Origin: Daphnia carinata
Lineage: Eukaryota
NCBI RefSeq assembly: GCF_022539665.2
Contig: NC_081331.1
Span: 4,836,001-4,900,000, forward strand
Length of the DNA: 64,000 nucleotides
Direction of reading: 5' to 3'
The translations under genes and the position numbers were made by a program. Positions 1 to 15,990 of this stretch are shown piece after piece. The notes beneath the pieces were generated by a model. It saw only the letters and a list, made by a program, of their open reading frames with translations, did no database searches and was not told the DNA's origin. Position 1 is the stretch's first letter. Each line of letters begins with the position of its first letter.

Positions 1-3000
1 CTGAAATACCTTGTCCACCCACACCTTCTCTTGCAGTTGCCATCTTTATTTGGCATCATTTGAACGATTCCATTCAATGGGGAGAAAAACCCAGAAATGA
101 ATAAAGAAAACGGCCAGTTCATTGTCTGTGAGAACACAACGCCTGAGCTTTTTTTTTTTTGCCATTTTCTAAACAGAAGGGTCCGCGGATGGTAATTACG
201 TATTTTTTTAAGTGTCTTGTGTAAAACACGTGCAATTGCATCTGTAGCTTTTTGACCCTGCCATTTAAACTGCGTGTGGATCACGATCCATTTTTTTTTT
301 TTTGTTTCACATTCTTTTTTTTTTCGCTACGAATGTCGTCTGGTCGTTAATCGCCAAACATCGCTTCTCATACCTCAAAAAAAAACAAATGACTCACGAA
401 ACAAAAAAAAGAAGTGCCGATGTGTTTCACGCCTTTGGTCACAATGCCCGATTATTTTAAGAAAAAGGGTCGCTTAAACAAGAAGGAGATGGAAAAAAAA
501 AAACACACACACACACTTTTCATTCCTGTCAGCTCTTTTACCTTTTATTTTTTTTTGTCTTCTTCCTATCCGGTTTTCGTCTGCTAATAACTTCTTTATG
601 GCTAATGTGTGAGAAAGATCTCTTTTCCTGTCGCACACACACGCAGTCTTGACTAAGGAGGGACGCAGAAAGATAGTCATATATCTAAAGAAAAAGGAAA
701 AAAACTAAAAGTCCGCCATTATGAATATTATTGTCGTTTGCTACGTTTGAAAACAAAAGCTATTTGCATGTCCTCCTCGTCCCACCAAAAAAAGAAGAAG
801 TCGATATCACACAACGTTTGGAAGGACGAAAATGAACTGATAAACCAAATAGGTAGCCAGTCGTTTCAAAAATATTCATAGCTCTTTTAAAAAAAAAAAA
901 AGCTTCTAGCGGTCGATAAAAGTCAATGCAAAAAAAAAGGTGAAGTAGACCACCGGGATCACAAGTTAAAATCTCATTGGCACGTCATTCCTTCATCGTT
1001 AGCATCCCTGAAAGTGCAATTCTTTTTTTCTTTTTTTCTTTTATTAGATCATTCAAAATGAAGATGAAGGGAAAAAAAAAAAAGAATATCAATTTGAGAG
1101 ATGCTAATGTGTACAAGGTACGACGTTTGATGGGTCAAACAAAAACTATGTGCGCAGATACGAAACGTAACGCATCCTACGTTTCACCTTTCTGTCAGCG
1201 ACAAGGTGACGTCATAAATTTCGGGAGTCATAAATGTGCGCACGGTATTTCAAAAAAAAAAGGAGTTCAAATAAAAAAAACAAAACATTTCATTTCAAAA
1301 AGAAAAAGATAGGAGACGACAAAGATCATCAATCCTTTTTTTTTTTGTTTTACGTTTCCAGCCTAAGTGAAAAAAAAAAAAAAAACTCGGGCGGGATCAC
1401 GCCGACATCCGACTGGCAATTGGACTCTAATGCGCTGCGTGATTTCCTCCCGCGTAACGTGCACCCCTTTCCACATCCAACAATCAAACGTAACATCCAC
1501 GTTATTTTCATCCCTTTGTTTTATTTTATTTTTTTTTTTCGTCATCATAATCAGTAGAGACATCCTGTGTCGTAAACAAAAACGCAACGACATCAAAACT
1601 TGTTTTTTGTCGCGTGTTCTTTATCCTCTTCTCGATAACTATAATCGCTAACGGGCGGGCGCTGATGATTCGCCACGGGGGTCGCCCGGGTCACGCCGAC
1701 AATAGCATCACGCCCCGAGTTAAATCACGTCAGACGCTGAAAATCACTTGATGTTTTAAAATTATTATTATTTAAAAAAACGGAACCGAAGTAAATCACC
1801 GACCGGAAAGTATTCTTTTAAGAAAAAATGAAATACAATAACGTACAGAATACAAACAACAAGAAAACGCAGGTGGTTGTTTGTATTCTTATTTTCATAA
1901 AAAAAAAAATTTTATGTCAGCCCTCGCCCTAAAAAGAAGGCCAGAACATAATAGAGGAATGACGTCAAACAACGTCAGGGAAGTAAGCTTTGATTCAAAG
2001 TTCATTCACTCCCCTCTTTGCAGAGTGACTTCCAAAATAAAAAAGACGCGTCTAACAAGACGGAAGATTCAAACAATAGCAAAAAAAAAAAGCAGCAATG
2101 CTTTTTAATCATTTTTTTTTTTTTAAATAAAAAAACAAATGGACATGGCTCGTGTCATTTTAACGAGTGTACCGAGTACGTGTGTGTTTTCTGACAAAAG
2201 GAGGAAAGACGCAATCTTTGTGTGTGTGTGTGTGTGCGGCTATAATGAAGACGCCCTAACCCCCGGCCGATTTCGGACGTCAAAGCGCAACGTCGTTCAG
2301 CTCGGCCGCTGTCATATCTCGAATTCTCGAAAAAAAAAAAAAAAAGAAATTTCAGAGACGACGAATAGAACAGGTGCACACAAAACCAACACAGGAAGTT
2401 TGGGCCACCCCCTTCTATCTTGTCCTCTATCATTTCCCCCTTTCTACCTTTACGTATCTACCTCTCGTTCTATTTCGGCCATGGCACGAGTCTCTTTCGA
2501 ACGTCAAGACCAAAAAAATGTCATCCATCCTCGAGTTCCGCTTCTTTACGTCATCCCCCCCTTCGACGTACGTGACCGTCGTTTTCGGTCTATTTTTTAT
2601 ATCGTGTGCCTCATCTAAAAGAAAAAACAAATTCTTTTCCCAAATAATTTCAGAGAGAGAAACTTTCCAACAAAACAGAAGGAGGGGGGAAAAAAACAAG
2701 ATAGATAAATAAAAATGGCCATCGCAAGGTCGTCCGCTTTGAAGCGCGGCGTTCACCGGATGGCGAAAGAAGCGGATTTCTCTTGATAACGCAACATGCA
2801 ACGACGCTGGCCACCGAACGACGGCTGCCTGGCGTCTTACATTTAATGGCCAAAGTTTGGACATGGCTATGTTTATCTTTTCCCTTCATTTTTGTTTCTT
2901 AAAAAAAAAAAAAAAAAAAAAAAAAACCACCACCACCTACGAACAAAAAAAAAAGACAAAGTCCAACTGACCGCAGCCACAAAACTTGGCGATTGAATAA

Positions 3001-6000
3001 CAGCCGAAAAAGAAAAAAAAAGAATAACGTAAGAACCCTGGCACTTTTGGGGGTCTGCTCGCCATATGAGATCCTTTCTTTTTGTACCAGCAGCACCTTG
3101 ACGCGGAGCAACAAGAGTCGCTATACCTGTTGGTGTACCTGATCCCCCCCTAACTTTACATGCCCTCGCCTGCTCTTTAACAACTGTAATGACGGGGGGA
3201 AGACTCATAGGTAACGATGCCCTGCAACTCTTCTGCGGTCAGTGGTGGCGGCAAGTTTTCCTCTTTTTTTTAAGGTACTGACCTTTAAACCTCTGGTTGG
3301 TTGGCGCGTGCCAGGCTCCTTATTTTGTTTTTATTTGTTTCCTACTGTCCTCTCCATCTGCCGCTCTGACCGCAACCTACCCTTTTAAAGGTTTTTCCCC
3401 TTAACCTACCTCTACGTAGGATAGAATAAACACATTTTCGAAAGAGATAAACGATTTCGCTTGGGAAAAATCATCTGCCCAAATGCGAGAATATACGGAA
3501 GAAAACGATGGGAGAGAAAAAGAAAAAAGGAGAAGCGCAGAGGCTTTGCGGCGGAAATGCCACAGATGGGAACTCGTGATTGTCCCCTCCCCTTCATTTT
3601 TAAAGATCGTGAATCAAATAAAACCAAAAGAAAAATACGCGAGAGAAAAAGGGACGGAGGATAGTTAAGACGTAAAAAAAAAAAAAAGAATGATCGCACT
3701 GCCAAGGACCTACAGCTACTAAACTGGGCCAAAGATGGACAGCCGATGCGCCGATAGAGCGGCAATTCACGTTCAAGACTTTCTCGAAATACTCTAGACA
3801 TTCTCGCATGACAAGATTTGTCCTTCTTTTCTATTTTTTTCCTCCCCCTTCTCTCTGAGAAAATGATATCAATCGTTTCACATTGCTTATCATGATTGTC
3901 CTGTTAACGACAGGAGATTGGGAATAGACGAACGTATCGCAATGCGATTTAGTATGACGTCATATTTCAGGTTTTTGAAAAAAAAAAAAGAAAAGAAAAC
4001 GGCTGCGGGGCTTTTTAGAGGCAAAATTATCTGGTCCACGGTTAATCGGTGGTTTCAAAAAATAAAATGCATTATCGGACAACTGCAGCGAGCCCCAAGT
4101 CGGCGTCCAAAGGGTCAAGAAAAAGCAGGTGTTGGGAGCACGCGCTGCTAATATTGTGACAGACGGGCAGCTGCCTTTTTCTTTTTTCTCCTCGATTTTC
4201 CGGGGTGGACGTATATTCTTCGAATTTATCATAAACATAGACTGTATGTCATTTTACTTCAACTCGGTTCTAAATTAAAAAAAAAAAAAAAGCTCTTTCC
4301 CTGAAGGCATCAATTTCGAACCCGCAATTAAGCGCCGCGCTCACGCCAGCCGCTTCCAGGTACGGCACCACATCCATCGATCCAGATGGCCGAGCTGCAA
4401 ATGTGGGACGTGACTAGCAAGTTATCCTTTCTGTTTTCAAACATGGAACGCTTTTGCTTTTTTTTTTTTTCGAAGGAGCGAGAGGCGCTAGTTGCGACAA
4501 ACCACCAATGAATGTAGTAAAGACGTCAAACAGCGCTGAAACAAAGACGGATGAGATGACGCAAACGCAATGACGCACACGGTGAAACAAAAGTGTCGGA
4601 CGCACTACGAGGGGATCTATGTTCATCGAGCTTAGCATTAGTTCGCCATCCTTGCAACATGAAAAGCACCGGAGAACAGAGAACCCAACTAAATTTTTGT
4701 TTTTGTTTGAATAATGGATCTTCAACGGTTCGATACAATGGCCAGCAAGAAGAAGTTTCGAAAAAACAAGAGAAAACGTTCTATAGAAAAAGACGGCGGG
4801 AGAGACGAGATACGCAGCTGTACAAAAAAGTCTTTTTTGAAATTTTTTTTGGAGTGAAAGAAGCAAAAAAAGAATACGAGAGGCGCCGACGAGAGTGAGA
4901 AACAGAGAATCTTGAAAATTATTCCTTCACGAAAAAAAAGTTACAACAACAAACGACACGGTTGGCAGAACTCGTTCAACTGCTTGCGATGACTCCCGAA
5001 ATAAGAAATCAAAGTTGCCATCCTAGACTCGCGTTGACAAAAGCTCTCGGAATTTACACCGTCTCCTCCTCCTCCTCTAGAAAGAGCTACACTTGGAAAA
5101 CAAAACAAAGCAAAAAAAAACCATCTCAACGAAGAAGAAAAGGAAGAATGAAAAGAAGGAGATGAAGAAGGTTGGAAGCGGACAAAGCGAACGGAGGAAA
5201 GAATACCTTTAGCACCTGTCTTTGGTTACGGGAGCGCAGACGATAACAATACAAGAAATTCGAAACTCGGTAGCCTCTTTGTCAGTAGTTAGTGACTGTA
5301 ACTGAGTCGGGACTGTTGCCATTGTTTCACGCGAACAACTGACCATCAAATAAATGGCAGTAAACGGACACTCTTTCGCCTGCCTATACCTGCGCTTGTC
5401 CAGATACTCGTCTTCTTTTTCTCTTTATTCTCCCCTAAATTCAGATGGAAAACAAAAAAAAAAAAAAAAAAATCCTATGAATAAATTCAATGCCATCTCA
5501 TTCCGAGTTTCTTGCTTTAGCATTTGGCTGCTGACGTCACCGCACAGATTGAATTACCCCACGCTCGAGCAGCAATAATCAACATCGGGTATTGTTATAC
5601 AAAGACGGGGCAAAAGACTATTCTGATGAGCTACAATACGTTCAGTAGGAAACAAAGCGATCGACAACATTCGTCACGGAAAAAAAAGGAACAGGCTAAA
5701 GAAATAAATAAAAAAAAAAATGGCATGTACGTCAATGACGTCGGTTGAAAATAATTTGGAATATTTTTAGATGGAAACGGGCCTGCCGTGTGTTCAGTGT
5801 AAAAAGACAATAGCCGGAGCAACTGGGCTTGCAATTGAATTATGACTAATAAAACAATTTGAGCGCTTTCGATTAAAAAACAAAACTTCAACCGTGTTCT
5901 TTCTTTCTTTTTTTCCCCCTTTTTCTTTCTCGTTTGTCGTGTGATTCCCATAACGAAAAGAACAAGAAAGCGAAAGAAAGCTTAAAAGGGACCTTTTAAG

Positions 6001-7707
6001 CCTCTATCGTCTTCTTAGATACACGAAAAACGTTCAGCTCAATGGAAGCGAACTCGGATTGTTCTAGCCAGGTTTCTCTTTCTCACTCTATCCATCTCAC
6101 TTCGGCCGTCGGTGCCGAAATAAAGATTGACGTAACCGTGAGAAACCAGGTGGGAAAACAGCTTTCTTTTCTGCCTCTCTACCTTTCTAGCTCTTTTCTC
6201 CCTGAAAAAAAAAAAACAACGTGTACACAAGGAAAAAAAAAACATCCCTAAAACCATTTCCTTGCCAAAAATAAATACACAAAAGAAGAAGAAAAAAGAA
6301 ATTCAAATAGAATCCAACGGAATAAAAGTTAAGGAAAGAAAAAAATAGAGTGACGTCGTCGTGTTCTTTAAAAAAATGTTTGAAAAAAAAAAGCTTTCAA
6401 AACCCGAAAATATGATCATAATTTAAGAGAGCACAGTTAGTTCATTCTCAAGCGGTAGAAAGAGGGCACGGACACAAAATGGGAACCCCTTTTTTTAAAG
6501 TTTTGGAAACGCTTGGCGTAACTTGATGACAACAGAGGTCGGCAACCGTTGCATATTGATGCTTTCATTTGAAGGGTTTACCCGGCCATTCAGCAGCAAG
6601 GTAAAGGCCGCGCGCAGTTAGGTGTGGACGACCGCTACGTACCACTCCAGTGAACTCGATAATTTTTCTTTCTTTCATTTTTGTGCCGACACCAAAATCA
6701 TCACAAGGCTGTTTTTTCTTAGGAGCTACTTGAGACTTCTGATTATTCCGGAAACCAGAAATCTTTTTTTTTTAACTTCATCGAACAAGTTTGTAACAAC
6801 AACAAAATGGAGGGCTACGTCGGACCTATTTGCTGAGAAGAAGAGATATAATGCTTTGTCTAAAATACCTTATTGTTGGCGACATCTGGTCCACCCGATG
6901 ACAATTCATTTTTCCCCCTGGTCTCGGCGTAATTCTGAGTTCGTTTCTGGCCGATGTAGTGCGACAGTCGAAATGGGTCTAATTTCTTTTTGATATCACA
7001 ATAAAATTTTCCAGCCCAGTTAGATCCCGCAGTGCCGCATAGATCGGTAGTGTCCACCCACTAGTTCTCGCCATTCGATAACTGGAAAGAGGAACAAAAT
7101 ATAAGAACAAAAATACGTTAAGATAAACAGAAATATCCTGGAGCTCTTTTTTTTTTCACCGAGAAAAAAATTCACAAGATGACGGACGACACGTATTAAC
7201 AATTTGACAGGTTCATTTTACGGTTGTAGGCACACGCCCTCAGCCAATAAACTCAGAATGTCTGAAGGCACATGGTGGCATCGATATGTCAATTATAGTG
7301 AGGTGGTCGTGCAGAGGGAACATCTTTGAGATTGCACGGGAGAGTTACTCTATCGAAATGGTGAGAACTTGGAGTCGTCTAGAACGCTGCTCACCAAGTG
7401 GGACGGAAAGAGCTCTGATTACTCAACTAAGCAATTTGACTGAGTTATATGAGGTATCATTTCGACTTAAACGAAATTCTCAAACAAGGGCTAGTTTTTG
7501 GATTAACTGGAACAGTTTGTAAAACCTGTAAGAAGGTCAGGAGACTCACGTCACATGTCTCTCCATTAATAGGAAGGTATCATACAGTGGAGTTACGGTC
7601 TACTGGTATTGCTTGTTTCAGGACAACGCAATGCAAAGCATTGCTTTTACGAAGTGTCATGGCCACGGCTTCTGACGTGTTAAAGTTCAATCTGGGCACA
7701 TACACTC

Positions 7708-7743
7708 TCTTGACACATAACTTGAGTTAGTTATGTGTCAAGA
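7708..7743. repeat. Perfect 15-bp inverted repeat with 6-nt spacer
   Basis: tcttgacacataact-tgagtt-agttatgtgtcaaga. Confidence 0.85.
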
Positions 7744-9128
7744 AACATTGAAGGGATAAGTAGTACTAACTGGCATGATCACACAATTTTTGAGTTTCTA
7801 ATTGGGACTTGTTTCCATTATGCAAGCATGTTAACTCTGCTTAACACGTTGAACTCTGTTTTAATGATCAGTAATATATTAGTTGAGATTTCTTGTGTGA
7901 CGATGTAGAAATTCTGTAAAAAATTCAGATTCATCCTTTTACATGGAATTGGCCAATGTTTTCTGCTCCCTTTTTGGAGGCTTATTTTAATTTTTTTTTA
8001 TCCGTGTTATAAGCCACTAATGGTAAACTATAAAAATGCCAAAATGAACTGTCCCGAATAGCCACCATCACTCATAGCTACCAAGTTTAACACCCTCTGT
8101 AGAAATGACACAAATTATTCACCTTTTAAAAGATAGATGGTTATAAAAGGCCTTACGATGGAACAAATTTAAGATTATTTCGAGCTCACGTGGCCAGGTT
8201 TCCTGTTAGCAGAAAAGACTTTGGTTTTTTTTTTTGCTAGTTCTAATCTTTGGAAGAAAATGGAGAGGCAAAGTTTTTTTATAACGCTGAGTTGGGCAAA
8301 TTACATCCTCGTCTTTTACATTATAAGGATGTTAAAAAGTAAATTACCTGTAGTCGTAGACGTGCTGTACATGGGCTATTTCAAACCTTTATCACGTTTG
8401 GCTCTAATTTGAATAAAATCTTTTTGAAAAAGACCTTCGCCATCTAGCGTAAATACAATAGACAATTTTAACGCGACCTCTCTAGTTGTTTTTTTAAGTT
8501 TCACTAACTCTTCACACGGTTTGAAAGATGCATCTAACCAAAAACACTAGCTAATAACACAACAAACGAGCAAAATGGATATGGTATGCAATCTGATAGA
8601 GTATAATAATATATTGAGCATCACTGTAGAGCGACAAAAGTCAGCGCATAAAAGTAAAAAACTAATGACATATTATCCAATCCCGCAAGTACTTATGGTA
8701 TGTTTTCTAAATGTTGGCTTTCGCTGCATTTATTATCGTCATGAAGAAAAAAAACGTTCGAAGGTAAGAGATAAATGAAATGTAAGTAATGCTTAATGTA
8801 CACGGTACCACGTTAACACGACCCATGAAACTCGTCCATGAATTCAAATCAGTACCATTTTTACCCATCACCTTCCTATCGACCAAACGGTTACATGCTA
8901 AAATTGGAATCACAAGTGTGGGCAATATTATGGCATTTGAGGAAACGGGGGAAAAGAGTTTTTTTTAAGTAAAAAAAAGAACATCAATTTGGAAAATTTA
9001 AAATCGTTAAAGGCAAGACGAGAGAATCAATCGTACGTTGACCATCTAAAAATGCAAATCAACACATGGGGTAGCATAATAGTATTTCATGCAATTGCAT
9101 ATTACTACCGTTTTGTTTGATGGCATTA

Positions 9129-12168
<3,040 letters not shown>

Positions 12169-12420
12169 TTAAAAATGTCAAGGCCTGTGAAGTAAAAAAT
12201 TCATTAGGCCAATTACATCTGCAACTTAAGAATACTGTTAATTTTTAGGCTGGCATGCTTGTGTAGTGAATAAACAATGTTCTTCTTAAGTTATAAGGCC
12301 ATAAATTTGTAATCCAAAATAGAGCACAACACTTCCTTATGGTTTTTTAAACATAAAAAATAATCAAAGCTAACTTACACATTAAAATTTGATTGAATTC
12401 TTCTCCGCCCTTCTCTGCTG

Positions 12421-12514
12421 AACTGACTTGTCGGCTGTTCCAACTTTTGGATTCGAACAGTTGGCTATTTGAAAGTGAACGACCAATTAGAAGAAAGCGG
12501 AACGCCACCTAGTG
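12421..12514 (-). promoter_or_regulatory. Putative MELK core promoter: Inr, CHR-like elements and CCAAT box
   Basis: TCAGTT on the minus strand at 12421-12426; TTCGAA at 12452-12457; TTTGAA at 12468-12473; CCAAT at 12483-12487; 5' UTR splice donor at about 12378. Confidence 0.45.
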
Positions 12515-12844
12515 CAGGAATGTAACACTGTATAATGACATTAAGAAAAAGAAAAAATAGTAATTTGTTGGCAGTGGAATGGAAACAAATCAAAAATTTA
12601 AAATTATTAATCTTGAGAACCTACTTCAGTTTGATTTCCGTTATCATTAGCAACAAAAACAGCACATGATGACAAGAATAGGTGGACAGACATTCGTTGT
12701 TCGATTTGTATTAACAAATGAACTAGGAGAATAAAAACAAAATATTTTATGAAATGTATTTCCCTTTACAACCAAAATCAATTGTCAGCCTGAAGATAGT
12801 ATTTCTTCATGCAAATCCTAGTAAATGTTGTCTGAGTACAACGA

Positions 12845-15234
12845 TTACACAACCCCAGGCCTAGCAGACGCTGCATCCAAATAACTGACGATAGAGTTAA
12901 CGGCAGAAAGAGGGTTGCCATTGGGGAGTTTGTGTACTGTAACCTCCCATTTGTTCCCCACTTGACACGATGTGATCTGAACACGGTTTTTGAATTCTAG
13001 CTTTGCCAACAACTTTCCTGCATTACGCTTCTCTTTTTCATTCAAACTGACCCGGACGCGACGGTGCATGCGTTTGCCGTCGCGGCTAAGGTGGTTGATA
13101 TCAACGTAAGATACAGCGCAAGGTACAACTTTGGGAGCAACGAAAATTTTCTCTTTCAGTACATTATTAGAAATTTGGGAATTTGGCTCTTCTTTTGCAG
13201 GGTTTTTTCTTGATTCAGCCTTTTTTTGAAAGGTGATCAGCTTTTTGAATCTATTTTTTGCTTCCTTGGTGTCCCCGTTCCCTGAAAACTCAACTATCAT
13301 CCGACCTTTCTTTGGTTGCTTCCGCCAAAATATTTCTATATGTTTCAGTTCACGAAAGATTGTGTTTCTTGCTGCTTGCAATGCACCTTCGCTCGGTTGA
13401 CGATCAAGTGGCAAGGTATAAGTTTGGCGTCCCCCTTTTCTAGGGGACTGGGATTGCATATTGTTCCCAACGACCCAAATTTCCTTGCGATCTTCACTAA
13501 TCGAAATGGAAGATTTGCCATCACTGGTGACGCTATTAAGGAATTGTCGTGGATTCGTATAAGAGAAAATGGTAGGGTAGGCAGGTAGATACTTGCTCCA
13601 GCGTTTTTCGGGACAATCGTGGACTAGGTGACCACGACCTACAATAATTTAAAAAGAATGGATACTGAAAAGTCTCATACAGTGCTTTACGACGTATACC
13701 TGCGCAATTACAGCAGAACAACTGATTGCTAGGCTTTAAAACGTTTCCTGTGTTATTTGGTTCTTCAGATTGATTCGAGATTGTTGAATGGTAGCGCCTC
13801 CACAGATCGGGGCAGCGCTGAGTGACATGCTTAGAACGACAGATCATACAAATAATATTTTGCTCTCGACGACATTCAGGACAGCACTCAACAAGAATTT
13901 TGCTTGGCCGGCCACACTGTGATGAAAAATAAGTCAATAATTACAAAGCAGACGTTGAAGTATTCGGAAATTGCATGACTTACACCCAAACACATTTTAT
14001 TTGGACATGCAAATTGCTTGTGTCCAAGCAAGCCGCATATACCACAACTAATGATTTTCCTAGGATCTCTGCAGTCCTTAGTGAGATGATCCCACTGACT
14101 ACAGTTAGTGCATCGCGTTTTGGCACTCTTTCCAAAGTAACGATTTCTCTGCAAGTCGCTTCCACGACGATCTTCGATATCCAAATGCCACTTGACGTTT
14201 TTCGGAAGAGATTTTAAGATTGCTTCCAAATCTCTATCAGACCCATCTCTATCGTAGAACTTTATCATTTCTGGTGTCCATTTTTCACTAGAATACTTTT
14301 GCCAATTCAAACCAGAGCTAGATGAATTGATGCAAGTGTCTAGAGTGCTTCCAGTATTAGGTGAATTGACATTCAACTTAATATCAACTTTATCATAGCC
14401 AATTTTGGGTAGTTTCATGACTTCAATTTCAGAGTCAGATGAATCTGTTGTTGAGCTTGGTGATAAATCTGGGGATGAATCCACATACATACATGAAGGG
14501 CCTGGAAGGGGGTTAAGCACTGTAACAGAACTGTCAGATTCACTGCCTTCAGCTGATGATGCACTGGAATCAACAGGTAAGGAGATTGAAGCAATTTGTG
14601 GTCCTCTTTCAATGCCTAATGGTAAAGGAAAAACTCTTTTTGTGTCATTATGTTTGGAAGATTTGTCGATGGAGACATATTTTGAATCTTCGTCATCCGA
14701 AAGAGTAATGACCTCAAACGGTTTTCTTTTCAATTGACTTGGCCTACAGCTTTCTTCTATTATCAACCTTTGAGAAAATGGATTCCTTTTCTTAAAGGAA
14801 GTTAAAGGTTGTTCTTTAGGATTTATATTCCTTAAGAAATCTTGTGTTTTATTTCGGCTTGTCACTTTTGTTTTCTCCATGCATTCTAAATGCTTTTTTG
14901 ATTGTTCATAACCTATATTGGATAGTAAACTTACTGGTGGAATACATACAAAATTGGCTGGCTTTGACTGCTCTTCATTTTGACTTTCTGGACTACTGTG
15001 GCCTTCTTCAGATTTGGGATAGTTCCTACCATCATCAGGCACAGCAGCTTGTGTATGTAAAGAATTGTTTGTGTAATTTGTGGGATTAAGGCAACATTCT
15101 TCTTCATTTGATGCATGATGAAGCATCCCATACAAAGCAATTTCTAAATCTTCTAGAGCTTCTGAATCTAATTCATCTATACTATGGTAATCTGAAGGCA
15201 TACTGAAATTTGCTCCGTTCATTTCCATTTCCAT
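12845..15234 (-). CDS. ZCCHC7: Zinc finger CCHC domain protein, ZCCHC7/Air1-Air2-like (TRAMP complex subunit), 3 coding exons
   Basis: Long acidic/Ser-rich N-terminus, then RYFGK..RCTNCSQWDHLTKDC, CGICGLLGHKQFACPNKMCLG-CGRP, CMICRSKHVTQRCPDLWRRYHST (IWRxY-type motif) and FCCNCAG-RGHLVHDC. Introns at about 13983-13919 and 13699-13640. Start taken at the first in-frame ATG. Confidence 0.8.
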
Positions 15235-15990
15235 TGAACCAAAACTTCCAACGATGTAATCGAACCTGGACACAAAAGCTTCTTGGTAAGTTTGTTGGTT
15301 GTTCTAATAATAATTAATGCACTCACTTTTTATTTATTGAGTATCAACTGGCATAATAACGATGAAACTTTTCCCGTATGAAAGGAGGAATTCACGTGGC
15401 AATAAGGAAACAAGTACACTACATGAGAAACTTTTACAACGAGCAGACGACAAAAATCATGTTGAATATGCCAACATTGCCACTTGTTAAAAATTGAACT
15501 TTTATATTTATTTAAAAAGAGTTGTAAACATAAGATATAATACGAAAAGCAAGTTTTTTTTTTAAACATGCTTTTATCGAATCCAATGTGAAGGAAATGA
15601 AAATGAATCAAGATTTACAGTCACGAGTATTAAAAGAAGCAATTATTTATCTATATTATCACTAAAGGTATAATAGCGTGAACCATTTGGGAAAGCGCTA
15701 GGGCTACTTTCTACAGCAAATCGACGAAACCCCCTGCTCGACTCGACATTGTAAACGTCAAGAAAATTAATTAAAACAATATTTTACATGTTTTTTGCAC
15801 TTGAAATATGTGTGAAATAAGTGCAACGAATCGACATGTAACAAGAAGTTAAAGTTTCATTTTTGCAAAATAGCATTTTCGAAAAAAGGGTGGTTTGCTA
15901 CCGAGCTATCAGCTCTTGCATCCTATAAGCAGGCGTCCAAATTCAGCCAGGAATACACTCGCAAAATATCACAAAATAAAAAGCTCCAAA

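Noticed and set aside
1..7200. Many 60-160 aa ORFs rich in K/F runs
   Set aside because: These are translations of poly-A/poly-T tracts with no domain or consistent exon chain. The region is probably intronic or regulatory DNA; a possible minus-strand initiator near 5300 is too weak to call.
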